From an uncultured Candidatus Saccharibacteria bacterium (GTDB lineage: Bacteria > Patescibacteriota > Minisyncoccia > Phycocordibacterales > UBA1006): DNA of 64,000 nt. The DNA is taken from positions 17,934 through 81,933 of the forward strand of contig CAYQCC010000001.1 in NCBI GenBank assembly GCA_964415895.1. The letters run 5' to 3'. How positions within the stretch are numbered: position 1 is the stretch's first letter; each line of letters begins with the position of its first letter. The notes under the pieces are model-generated. The model did no database searches. It had not been told where the DNA came from and was given only the letters and a program-made list of their open reading frames with translations. Shown here piece after piece: positions 1 through 8,626 of the stretch. Position numbers and translations under genes: made by a program.

Positions 1-287
1 GATCAGAAAACGATGATGATAAGAATAATCATGTAGATTTTTATTTACTCATCGAAGTTGGTGGTAAGATACAAAAGATTCCAATTGATTCGAAGAATAC
101 TGCAAGAGCTCAAAAACAAAGTATTTTACGAAACGGTCATCAGTATCCAACTATGAATCTAGAAGGTGTAAAAGAACTTCTTAGAAAAGAACATGGAGAA
201 AAAACCTTTTTATGGAGAATGAAAATATTTGCTTTTGATTATCTTTCAGGCAAACCAGTAAAGAAAAAAAGAATACATTTCTTTTGA
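1..287 (+). CDS. 3' end of a CDS that starts upstream of the window (hypothetical protein; ...KKKRIHFF stop)
   Basis: Frame 3 is open from the window edge to TGA at 285-287. It is followed by a strong terminator. It is not in the ORF track because there is no in-window start. Confidence 0.4.
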   Translation, partial: SENDDDKNNHVDFYLLIEVGGKIQKIPIDSKNTARAQKQSILRNGHQYPTMNLEGVKELLRKEHGEKTFLWRMKIFAFDYLSGKPVKKKRIHFF

Positions 288-290
288 TGC

Positions 291-327
291 ACAGGCGCTC
301 ATTTCATGAGTGCCTGTTATTTTTTTG
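291..327 (+). terminator. rho-independent terminator (12-bp stem ACAGGCGCUCAU/AUGAGUGCCUGU, loop UUC, U-run)
   Basis: Stem with one G-U pair followed by TATTTTTTT. Confidence 0.7.
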
Positions 328-352
328 ATTTTCTGGTAATGTCTGGATATCT

Positions 353-1438
353 ATGTGGTTTCTGAAACATATACTTAATATCATTACAAAGCCTGGCCGT
401 GGACGACGGGCATATGTAGGTGTTTCTGGTGGCGTAGACTCGTCGGTTTCAGCGCTTTTGCTCAAATTATATGGTTATAACGTGTCTGGTGTGTTTATTC
501 GAACATGGCAGCCGGATTGGATTGAGTGTACCTGGCGCGATGAACGACGTGATGCTATGCGCGTTTGTGCGCATTTGGAAATTCCATTTATCGAACTTGA
601 TCTGGAAAAAGAATATAAACAAGGCGTAGCAGATTATATGATTGCAGAATATCGCGCAGGACGAACACCAAATCCAGATGTGATGTGTAATCGTGAAGTA
701 AAATTCGGTGGTTTTCTGACATGGGCGCTTTCACAGAACGCAGATTATATTGCTACAGGTCATTATGCACAAAACATTTCGAATTCGCTTTTTAAAGGAA
801 CTGACCCTACAAAAGATCAATCATATTTTTTATGGACTCTTACGTCAGAACAATTAAAGCACGTATTATTTCCCATTGGCCATATTCAAAAAAAGATCGT
901 ACGAAAATTGGCGTCATGGTATAAGTTGCCAACTGCTATTAAAAAAGATTCACAAGGAATTTGTTTTATCGGTGAAATAGACATGAAAGATTTCTTAAAA
1001 CATTATATCGATGAACAGCCAGGAAATGTTGTTGATGAATCAGGAACTATTATTGGACATCACGATGGTGTACTGATGTATACGCTTGGAGAGCGACACG
1101 GGTTTACGATTACAAAAAAGGGAACAGCTGATGCGCCGTATTATGTTACCGGAAAAGATTTGCATAAAAACGAATTAATTGTTTCTTCATTTCCCGAAAT
1201 AAAAACATCGTTACAGGAAATTAAATTAACAGATTGTGTTTGGCGAGAATCTTTGCAAAATAAACATTATACTGCTCAGATTCGTTATCATGGAGAATTT
1301 AAATCATGTCGCATTCACAAAAATACAAAAGACGAGTATGTATTAGTGCTTGATATGTCAGATAACACTATTGCTCCTGGGCAATCAATGGTATTATATG
1401 ATAATTCGATATGCATTGGTGGTGGAATTGTTGCGTAA
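353..1438 (+). CDS. mnmA: tRNA-specific 2-thiouridylase MnmA
   Basis: N-terminal PP-loop VGVSGGVDSSVSALLLK. Length and overall pattern are typical of MnmA/TrmU. Confidence 0.85.
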   Translation: MWFLKHILNIITKPGRGRRAYVGVSGGVDSSVSALLLKLYGYNVSGVFIRTWQPDWIECTWRDERRDAMRVCAHLEIPFIELDLEKEYKQGVADYMIAEYRAGRTPNPDVMCNREVKFGGFLTWALSQNADYIATGHYAQNISNSLFKGTDPTKDQSYFLWTLTSEQLKHVLFPIGHIQKKIVRKLASWYKLPTAIKKDSQGICFIGEIDMKDFLKHYIDEQPGNVVDESGTIIGHHDGVLMYTLGERHGFTITKKGTADAPYYVTGKDLHKNELIVSSFPEIKTSLQEIKLTDCVWRESLQNKHYTAQIRYHGEFKSCRIHKNTKDEYVLVLDMSDNTIAPGQSMVLYDNSICIGGGIVA

Positions 1439-1443
1439 TTATT

Positions 1444-2493
1444 ATGAGAAGAACTTTTGAAATACTTATTATTATATTTGCATTAATCGGACTGGTCTTT
1501 TCCGGTGTTTTTGTTGCAATGCAATTTGGGTTATTAAATGTTCGTGGAACTATTGAAGAGCGTAATAAGGCAATTCTTGGTGCAGGGAAGTTTGTACGAG
1601 ACAAAGACAAAGAGGCAAGTTCAGAAAGCCGTGCCGTTTTATTATGCAAAATTCATACACTTGCCAATTATGCGCCGCAAACTGCTCAAATTATCAATCA
1701 AGTATTAGAGGAACAAAAAAACCCAGTGCTCGCAGTTGATATGCTGTCAGTGGCAAGGCTTCGTTTTGAATCGACCAGGTTCCCACGTGAAATTCAAGAC
1801 TGTGCACGTGTAACCGTTCCCGACACGACACCACTTGCACAGACTGCCTATGTTTGGGCTGACTCTGCAGAATGGGCTGTTATGAAATCTGCGTTTATTC
1901 GAGATCAAGAATATATAAATAAAGCTGCAAAAGACGCTGGTATTTCTCCGCGACTATTGCTTGGCGGTGTGCTTGGCGAACAGTTTCGATTCTTTACTAA
2001 TTCTCGCGATTCTTTTAAGTCATATTTTGAGCCTTTAAAGATTCTTGCATCATTATCAAAATTTTCATTTGGTATAGCAGGTTTAAAGCCTGATACAGTA
2101 AAAAGAATTGATGAACAGTTAAAGAATCCGTCATCAGTATTTTATCTTGGAAAAGAGATGGAAAATATTATTACCTATCCAGATGAAAGTGATCACGATG
2201 CTGTTCGGTTTGAACGTATTACGGATTCAAAAAATACATATTATTCATATTTATATACAGGATTATTTATGCGTATGGTTATTGCGCAATGGGCTCATGC
2301 AGGATATGATATTTCAAACCGGCCGGGCGTATTATCAACATTGTATAATCTTGGTTTCAATCGATCGATTCCAAAAGAAAATCCAGGAGCAGGTGGTGCG
2401 CCAATTACGATTGGCAACCAAGAATTTTCATTTGGTGAACTGGGTTATGAATTTTATTATTCAGGTGAATTGGTAAATGAATTTCCTTATTAA
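1444..2493 (+). CDS. hypothetical protein with N-terminal transmembrane anchor
   Basis: ORF track 1411..2493. The first ATG after the mnmA stop is at 1444. One hydrophobic helix (ILIIIFALIGLVFSGVFVA) is followed by a soluble domain. Confidence 0.5.
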   Translation: MRRTFEILIIIFALIGLVFSGVFVAMQFGLLNVRGTIEERNKAILGAGKFVRDKDKEASSESRAVLLCKIHTLANYAPQTAQIINQVLEEQKNPVLAVDMLSVARLRFESTRFPREIQDCARVTVPDTTPLAQTAYVWADSAEWAVMKSAFIRDQEYINKAAKDAGISPRLLLGGVLGEQFRFFTNSRDSFKSYFEPLKILASLSKFSFGIAGLKPDTVKRIDEQLKNPSSVFYLGKEMENIITYPDESDHDAVRFERITDSKNTYYSYLYTGLFMRMVIAQWAHAGYDISNRPGVLSTLYNLGFNRSIPKENPGAGGAPITIGNQEFSFGELGYEFYYSGELVNEFPY

Positions 2494-2538
2494 GAATCTT
2501 GTCTTGTCACAAGGTTTTTATTTTACTATAATGAGCAT

Positions 2539-3063
2539 ATGAATAATTATTTCTTTGACTCTCAATTTTTATTGTTTATGACAAAAATGTGTCTTGCAAT
2601 GATACTTGGATTATTACTTGGATTGGAACGAGTATACGCACATAAAACCGCTGGCATGCGAACGTACGCACTGGCATCGGTCGCAACATGTTTCTTTGTA
2701 ATTATCTCTTTGTACATCGGATCGTCGATTTCAATCACTGGTGATAGTTTTAGTCCAGCACAAATTGCAGCTGCCGTTATTACAGGAATCGGATTTTTGG
2801 GAGCAGGTTTAATTTTCTTTAAGGATGATCATGTACAGAACTTAACAACAGCTGCAGGATTGTGGATGTGTGCAGGAATCGGAATGGCAGTAGGGTTTGG
2901 AATGTTTCGCGAGGCAATATTCGCAAGTGTGCTAACGTTTTTTGTGCTCGGAGTACTTACATTTTTTGAGCGATATGTCCGACTGAGGTTTTTCCCAGAC
3001 CCAGCGTTTGAACAAGAAAAAGTAAAAGTGGTTAGGGCTCGGAAGAAGGTTTTATTAAAATAA
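2539..3063 (+). CDS. MgtC/SapB family membrane protein
   Basis: The LGLLLGLERVYAHKTAGMRTYALASVATCFFVIISL signature is typical of MgtC. TATAAT at 2527-2532 sits 6 nt before the ATG. Confidence 0.6.
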   Translation: MNNYFFDSQFLLFMTKMCLAMILGLLLGLERVYAHKTAGMRTYALASVATCFFVIISLYIGSSISITGDSFSPAQIAAAVITGIGFLGAGLIFFKDDHVQNLTTAAGLWMCAGIGMAVGFGMFREAIFASVLTFFVLGVLTFFERYVRLRFFPDPAFEQEKVKVVRARKKVLLK

Positions 3064-3078
3064 TTAACTAATATTTAT

Positions 3079-3507
3079 ATGTCTACAATTTTTATTGCAT
3101 TAATCGCAGCAGCAGCAGCACAATTTGTCGGATTTTTATGGCATGGACCGTTGTTTGGTATGATTTGGGCGCGTGCGTCAGATATGGCAGATATGCCAAA
3201 AGACGGAAAAATGACTCCAGAAATGAAACGACATTTCATGTGGCAGTTGATCATCAATTTCATTGCTAACTTTGTTATGGCGTTTGTATTGTTCTACTTC
3301 CTATCAGGAGTTTCAACATTACCGTTTCCATGGTTATTGAAACTGATGGGAATGCTTTTCATTGGATTTATTCTACCAGTTCAGACTATTGGAACAATCT
3401 GGAATGGACGTTCACCTAAAAAACAATTCATTATTTGGGCAATCGCAGGAGGTTTCCAAATTATCAATCTGTTTGTTTGGGCGCTATTGTTCAAATGGTT
3501 GGCATAG
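3079..3507 (+). CDS. small integral membrane protein (DUF1761-like)
   Basis: 142 aa with 4 predicted transmembrane segments. It resembles the DUF1761 family only loosely. Confidence 0.4.
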   Translation: MSTIFIALIAAAAAQFVGFLWHGPLFGMIWARASDMADMPKDGKMTPEMKRHFMWQLIINFIANFVMAFVLFYFLSGVSTLPFPWLLKLMGMLFIGFILPVQTIGTIWNGRSPKKQFIIWAIAGGFQIINLFVWALLFKWLA

Positions 3508-3523
3508 CAATCAAGTAAAAAGC

Positions 3524-5398
3524 ATGGATTTCCGTGCTTTTTCTGTATCCAAAAAATATGGTATTCTAGGGCATATGAAAACGAAACCAGCTTTTAAGAA
3601 TGCGGCACAATTTTTGGATTATTTGAATGAAACATATAACAAACTACACGTTGCATATGAAAATCTTTTTTGGATTTCATATATGGGCGATCATTCTGTA
3701 GATAAAAAATTAAACAAGGCTTTAGCTCTGCGAGATGCATTTCGTTCTAATCCTGATTTTTTGAAACAGGCAGTATCATACCTAAAGAATTCTTCTGCGA
3801 AAGATGCAAGCCGATTAAAAATATGGAAAATGTTTTTCGAACAACACCAAATTCCAGAAAGTGTATTATCTATAAAAAAACAAATTGACGACCTAGAATC
3901 AATAATCATGGAAAAAAGAACAAGTCGTAAGGAGGGCTATATTGATCCAAAAACAAAGAAGTTTGTAGCAGCATCTGAAAACGCGATGCGTATGATTTCA
4001 AGAACTCATTCAGAGGAAAAATACCGAAAGGCAGCTTATGATGCAATGCAGAAATTACCCCTTGATACACTTGATGAATATGTAGAATTAGTAAAACTCC
4101 GAAATAAGTTTGCAACAGAGCTTGGATTTGAGCATTTTTACGCGTACAAATTATGGAACGAGGAAGGAATGAAGATGAAAGAATTGTTTGATTTATTTGA
4201 TAAAATATATGAAAAGACAAAATATGCATTTTCAGATGTACGTAAGCTGGAAAAAACAAAACCTGGTTTACGTCGCCCTTGGAACTACGCATACATGCTT
4301 AGCGGTAATTTTACAAAAGAGGAAGATCAGTATTATCAATTCGACCAAGCACTTGATCGATGGGGAAAATCATTCGCTGCAATCGGAATTGATTACCAAG
4401 GAGGCGAATTACAGCTCGATCTATTAGATCGTAAAGGTAAATATAATAACGGATTCTGTCATTACCCAAAGTCTGTATATAAAAAGGGAAACAAGCTGCT
4501 AAAAGGATCATCGAACTTCACTTGTAATGTGGTATACGGACAGGCTGGCTCAGGTATGCAAGGAATGCATACGTTGTTCCACGAAGGTGGTCATGCGGCA
4601 GATCGATTGAACAGTACTGAATCTGAAATTTGTGTTAACACTGAATATCCACCAGCATCGACTGCCTGGGCAGAAACTCAAAGTATGTTTTTAGACACCA
4701 TGTTTGCAAGCTTGGAATGGAAAGTAAGATATGCAAAGAATGATAAAGGTGAAGCATATCCATTTGAATTGTTTAAAAAGAAGATAGAACAGTTAGGAAT
4801 CTTATCACCACTTTCTATGAATTCGATTCACGGTATGATGGAGTTTGAAAAAAAGATTTATGAATCCAAATCTTTAACAACAGAAAAAGTTCTCGCCATA
4901 GCAAAACAAACTCATAAAAAGTTTAATGACTATAGTGATGATCTTATCTCAGTATTAAATGTCCCACATATTTATTCATGGGAAAGTGCATGTTCGTATC
5001 ATGGCTATGGATTAGCAGAATTAGGACTCAGTCAGTGGCGACAGCATTTTTATGATAAGTATGGATATATTGTAGATAATCCACAAGTTGGAAAAGAGAT
5101 GACACAAGTTTGGAAGCTTGGATCAACAAAAACATTTCCAGAATTTATTAAATTAGCAACTGGTAAAAAGCTTTTATCAAAAGATTATATCGATACGATT
5201 ACTCGTTCAAACGAAAAACGAATAGCACTTGCTAAAAAACGAGTTGAAAGAATGAAGACGGTAAAGCCTTATACAAAACCTGTTAAGTTAAATGCATTGA
5301 TCAAAATGGTTCATGGAAAGAAAGTGATTGCAGATAATAAAAAGAGCTTCGAAGACATGGCTCGCACATATGCGAAATGGCTCAAAACTCAGGACTAG
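3524..5398 (+). CDS. M3-family (oligoendopeptidase F-like) zinc metallopeptidase
   Basis: HEGGHAAD zinc-binding HExxH motif in a roughly 620-aa helical protein. Track ORF 3362..5398. The first in-frame ATG downstream of the 3507 stop is 3524 (MDFRAF...). Confidence 0.5.
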   Translation: MDFRAFSVSKKYGILGHMKTKPAFKNAAQFLDYLNETYNKLHVAYENLFWISYMGDHSVDKKLNKALALRDAFRSNPDFLKQAVSYLKNSSAKDASRLKIWKMFFEQHQIPESVLSIKKQIDDLESIIMEKRTSRKEGYIDPKTKKFVAASENAMRMISRTHSEEKYRKAAYDAMQKLPLDTLDEYVELVKLRNKFATELGFEHFYAYKLWNEEGMKMKELFDLFDKIYEKTKYAFSDVRKLEKTKPGLRRPWNYAYMLSGNFTKEEDQYYQFDQALDRWGKSFAAIGIDYQGGELQLDLLDRKGKYNNGFCHYPKSVYKKGNKLLKGSSNFTCNVVYGQAGSGMQGMHTLFHEGGHAADRLNSTESEICVNTEYPPASTAWAETQSMFLDTMFASLEWKVRYAKNDKGEAYPFELFKKKIEQLGILSPLSMNSIHGMMEFEKKIYESKSLTTEKVLAIAKQTHKKFNDYSDDLISVLNVPHIYSWESACSYHGYGLAELGLSQWRQHFYDKYGYIVDNPQVGKEMTQVWKLGSTKTFPEFIKLATGKKLLSKDYIDTITRSNEKRIALAKKRVERMKTVKPYTKPVKLNALIKMVHGKKVIADNKKSFEDMARTYAKWLKTQD

Positions 5399-5448
5399 AC
5401 AAAAAAAGCTGCTAAATAGGCGCTTTTTTGCTTAGTCATGAATTGTGC

Positions 5449-5454
5449 TATAAT
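5449..5454 (+). promoter_or_regulatory. -10 box TATAAT (extended TGc) with -35 TTGCTT at 5428-5433; ATG 8 nt downstream
   Basis: Sigma70-like hexamers and their spacing, read directly from the sequence. Confidence 0.4.
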
Positions 5455-5462
5455 GCCACCAT

Positions 5463-6092
5463 ATGTCATTTATCGAAAGATTAGGCTGGCGTTACGCCAC
5501 AAAGAAATTTAACGGAGAAATAGTACCAGATTCAATCATTCAGAAAATTAAAGATGCCATTCGTTTTGCGCCATCATCATTAGGTGCTCAACCATTTCAT
5601 GTGGTTGTGGTGAAATCACAAGAAATAAAAGATACATTATTCCAAGAAGGAATTAAACAACAACAGGTTCCAACATCTTCACATGTATTTATTTTTTGTG
5701 CTCGAACAGATTTTCCAGAACGAGCAGAAGCACTTGTTCAATTGGTTTCGAAAGAGCAAGGAACACCTCGCGAAGAATTACAGGGCTATTTCGATATGGT
5801 AGATGGTGCTGCAAAACGTTTTACAACAGTTGAAAGTCTCCGTGACTGGACTGGAAAGCAAGCATACATTGCTCTTGGTTTCGGACTTGCTGCATGCGCA
5901 GAACTTGGGATTGACGCAGGACCCATGGAAGGAATGAATCCTGATGTTGTAAAACAAGTTTTGAATCTTCCAGATTACATGTATCCGCAAATGGTTATGG
6001 CCGTTGGATATCGTGATCCAAATGATCACAATCAGCCAGAATTCCGATCAAAGGTTCGATTTCCAGAATCAGATATGTTTACAGAGATATAG
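5463..6092 (+). CDS. NAD(P)H nitroreductase family protein
   Basis: RYATKKF...IRFAPSSLGAQPFHVVVV N-terminal nitroreductase signature. Length 209 aa. Confidence 0.7.
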   Translation: MSFIERLGWRYATKKFNGEIVPDSIIQKIKDAIRFAPSSLGAQPFHVVVVKSQEIKDTLFQEGIKQQQVPTSSHVFIFCARTDFPERAEALVQLVSKEQGTPREELQGYFDMVDGAAKRFTTVESLRDWTGKQAYIALGFGLAACAELGIDAGPMEGMNPDVVKQVLNLPDYMYPQMVMAVGYRDPNDHNQPEFRSKVRFPESDMFTEI

Positions 6093-6097
6093 ATTTT

Positions 6098-6124
6098 AAA
6101 AAGCAAGCATGAGCTTGCTTTTTT
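6098..6124 (+). terminator. rho-independent terminator (AAGCAAGC / GCUUGCUU + U4)
   Basis: 8-bp perfect stem, loop AUGA, T-run. Confidence 0.7.
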
Positions 6125-6159
6125 ACATAAATATGGTATTTTGCTGGATAGTTAAAATC

Positions 6160-6633
6160 ATGAATATGACCTTTTCTAATTTTATGGATCTTGTTGCAAG
6201 ATTCGATTCAAAATCCTGGAGTAGAAAAGTGCCGGCTACCACAGGACATGTACATTGTGCATCATTAATTTTACCAGAACATATTGCTCTAGAATCCGTT
6301 GCGTCGATGTTATCGATCGGTAATCCTCTTTTTGTCATTACTGCAGAGTTTGCAGATAAATGTAAGCAGGCGAAAACTTGCTGTATTTATTTTATTGAAC
6401 AAGGATATAAAACTGTAACACTGTCAGAGTATGATACGAATAACAGTGTTGGTCCTATTCATGAGATAAAAGAAGAAAAACACCACGAAGGAATCGTTGG
6501 GATTACTTACGGAATTGCACAAACAGGAATTCTGGTAGGTGCGGCAGGTTTTAATGAAGCTGTAAAAACAGTTGCCAGCGAGATTGAGGTAAGAATTATT
6601 CACAACGCCATTTTTCTGGGAAATAATGGCTAA
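6160..6633 (+). CDS. hypothetical protein
   Basis: The ATG at 6160 is in-frame, downstream of the terminator. No confident family assignment. Confidence 0.4.
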   Translation: MNMTFSNFMDLVARFDSKSWSRKVPATTGHVHCASLILPEHIALESVASMLSIGNPLFVITAEFADKCKQAKTCCIYFIEQGYKTVTLSEYDTNNSVGPIHEIKEEKHHEGIVGITYGIAQTGILVGAAGFNEAVKTVASEIEVRIIHNAIFLGNNG

Positions 6634-6714
6634 CATACAGGCATAAGGTGAGCTTCTAATTTTATATTAGAGGTTCTTTTTTTATTACCAAAATTATGCT
6701 AAAGTCAGCCTATT

Positions 6715-8472
6715 ATGGAAAAACAACACCTTTCTTCATCTGATATCCGAAATAGATTCTTGGCTTTTTTTGAAAAACGCGGCCACGCGATTTTGCCGTC
6801 TGCAAGTTTAGTCCCTGAAAATGACCCTTCGGTGTTGTTCAACACGGCTGGAATGCAACCGCTTGTTCCGTATTTGATGGGACAAAAACATCCACTTGGA
6901 AACCGATTGGCATCATGCCAGAAGTGTGTGAGAACAGGCGATATAGAGGAAGTTGGGAATCACAAGAACCTGACGTTTTTTGAAATGCTTGGAAACTGGT
7001 CATTGGGTGATTATTTTAAAGAAGATGCTATCAAGTGGAGTTATGAATTTTTAACAAACAAAGATGAAGGTCTTGGGCTGGATCCAACGCGATTGTATGT
7101 GACTGTATTTGAAGGTGATGACAATGCGCCACGTGATATGGAAGCAGTTGAGATATGGAAGCAGTATATTCCTGAAAACCGAATTTATTTCCTGCCAGCA
7201 AAAAACAACTGGTGGAGTCCTGGAGATAATGGACCATGTGGACCTGATAGTGAAATGTTTTATGACGTGACACCAAACGGATTGGGTGACATGACTCATG
7301 ACGAATATGTGTCAGCAGATGACGATGGACGGGTTGTTGAGATTTGGAACGATGTATTTATGCAATACCTCTCAAAAGATGGAGCAGTCGTTGGAAAACT
7401 TGATCAAGCAAATGTTGATACAGGATCAGGATTGGAACGAGTGACAATGCTTGTGCAAGGAAAAACAAATGTGTACGAAACAGATTTGTTTGCATCGATC
7501 ATGAACATCATAAAAAATACAGCAGGCGACACATATGAAGAGCGAAGTGCGCGCATTATTGCAGACCATATTAAAGCCGCATTGTTTCTTATGGCAGATG
7601 GAGTATTTCCTTCAAACAAAGAGCGAGGATATATTTTACGAAGAATCATACGAAGAGCTGTATTCCGTGGTGGTAAGCTCAAACTTGATCAAAATGCTTA
7701 CGGGATTATAATGAATCTTTACATTGATATTTATAAAGATATATATCCTGAAGTTACGAAAGAAGGCTTGGCAGAAACTTTTGCTCAAGAAGCGATTAAG
7801 TTTATCAAGACTCTTGATGCTGGATTAAAAGAATTTGAGAAAGGCGTTGATCCGTTTATGCTTGCGACAACATACGGATTTCCGATTGAACTTACGGAGG
7901 AACTTGCAACGGAGAAGGGTATTACGATTGACCGCGCAAAATTCGATCGCGAAATGGCAGAACACCAGGAAAAATCCCGAGCAGGCGCAGAACAGAAATT
8001 CAAAGGCGGGCTTGGTGGAACATCTGACAAGATTGTCCGATCACACACTGCACATCACTTGCTATTAGCAGCGCTTCGGAAAGTTCTAGGTGAACATGTT
8101 CATCAAAGAGGAAGCAATATTACTGATGAGCGTATTCGAATCGATTTTGCACATGATGCAAAAATGACCGATGAACAAAAAACAGAAGTGGAACAACTTG
8201 TAAATGAATGGATTAAAACTGATATGCCAATGCAGCGGATGGAAATGCCACGGGCGGAAGCTGAGCAGATCGGTGCTGAAATGGAATTCGGTGTGAAATA
8301 TCCAGATTTAGTTTCAGTATATTTTATCGGAAACAACCTAGACTCTGCAATTTCAAAAGAATTTTGTGGTGGTCCGCATATTGACCATACAGGATTGATC
8401 GGAACATTCAAGATTCAGAAAGAAGAGGCAAGTAGCGCAGGTGTACGACGCATAAAGGCAGTTATTGAATAG
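6715..8472 (+). CDS. alaS: alanyl-tRNA synthetase, short form (catalytic plus editing domains, no C-Ala domain)
   Basis: The N-terminal class II core matches AlaRS. Editing-site motifs HTAHHLL and CGGPH are present. Only 585 aa. Confidence 0.8.
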   Translation: MEKQHLSSSDIRNRFLAFFEKRGHAILPSASLVPENDPSVLFNTAGMQPLVPYLMGQKHPLGNRLASCQKCVRTGDIEEVGNHKNLTFFEMLGNWSLGDYFKEDAIKWSYEFLTNKDEGLGLDPTRLYVTVFEGDDNAPRDMEAVEIWKQYIPENRIYFLPAKNNWWSPGDNGPCGPDSEMFYDVTPNGLGDMTHDEYVSADDDGRVVEIWNDVFMQYLSKDGAVVGKLDQANVDTGSGLERVTMLVQGKTNVYETDLFASIMNIIKNTAGDTYEERSARIIADHIKAALFLMADGVFPSNKERGYILRRIIRRAVFRGGKLKLDQNAYGIIMNLYIDIYKDIYPEVTKEGLAETFAQEAIKFIKTLDAGLKEFEKGVDPFMLATTYGFPIELTEELATEKGITIDRAKFDREMAEHQEKSRAGAEQKFKGGLGGTSDKIVRSHTAHHLLLAALRKVLGEHVHQRGSNITDERIRIDFAHDAKMTDEQKTEVEQLVNEWIKTDMPMQRMEMPRAEAEQIGAEMEFGVKYPDLVSVYFIGNNLDSAISKEFCGGPHIDHTGLIGTFKIQKEEASSAGVRRIKAVIE

Positions 8473-8499
8473 AAAAACTTCTCGGACAGAGAGGTTTTT
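8473..8499 (+). terminator. bidirectional rho-independent terminator
   Basis: AAAAA-CUUCUC-GGACA-GAGAGG-UUUUU. Confidence 0.55.
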
Positions 8500-8626
8500 C
8501 ATTTATTACATAACATTGACATGTTATCATTTTAAAGATATTGTGTAGGAAATATAAAACCTCTTTGTCAATAAACTAATAAAATCAAAAATAATTAAAT
8601 AACCAAAAAGAAAAACAAAACTACTA

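Noticed and set aside
2147-2476. 109-aa ORF nested in 1444-2493
   Set aside because: - It lies in a different frame, inside a longer ORF with a transmembrane anchor and better coding features.
- It is an artefact.
3362-3523. N-terminal extension of the M3-like peptidase ORF overlapping the upstream membrane-protein gene
   Set aside because: - The extension overlaps 3079-3507 in another frame.
- The first ATG after that gene's stop (3524) gives a sensible start.
- No frameshift is needed.
6634-6714. Possible T-box upstream of alaS, and likewise upstream of trpS and cysS
   Set aside because: - The alaS upstream holds only a terminator for the preceding gene and a short promoter region.
- The trpS upstream is 61 nt and directly follows rlmB.
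- cysS is operonic with the corA-like gene.
- No AGGGTGGNACCGCG was found at any of these.
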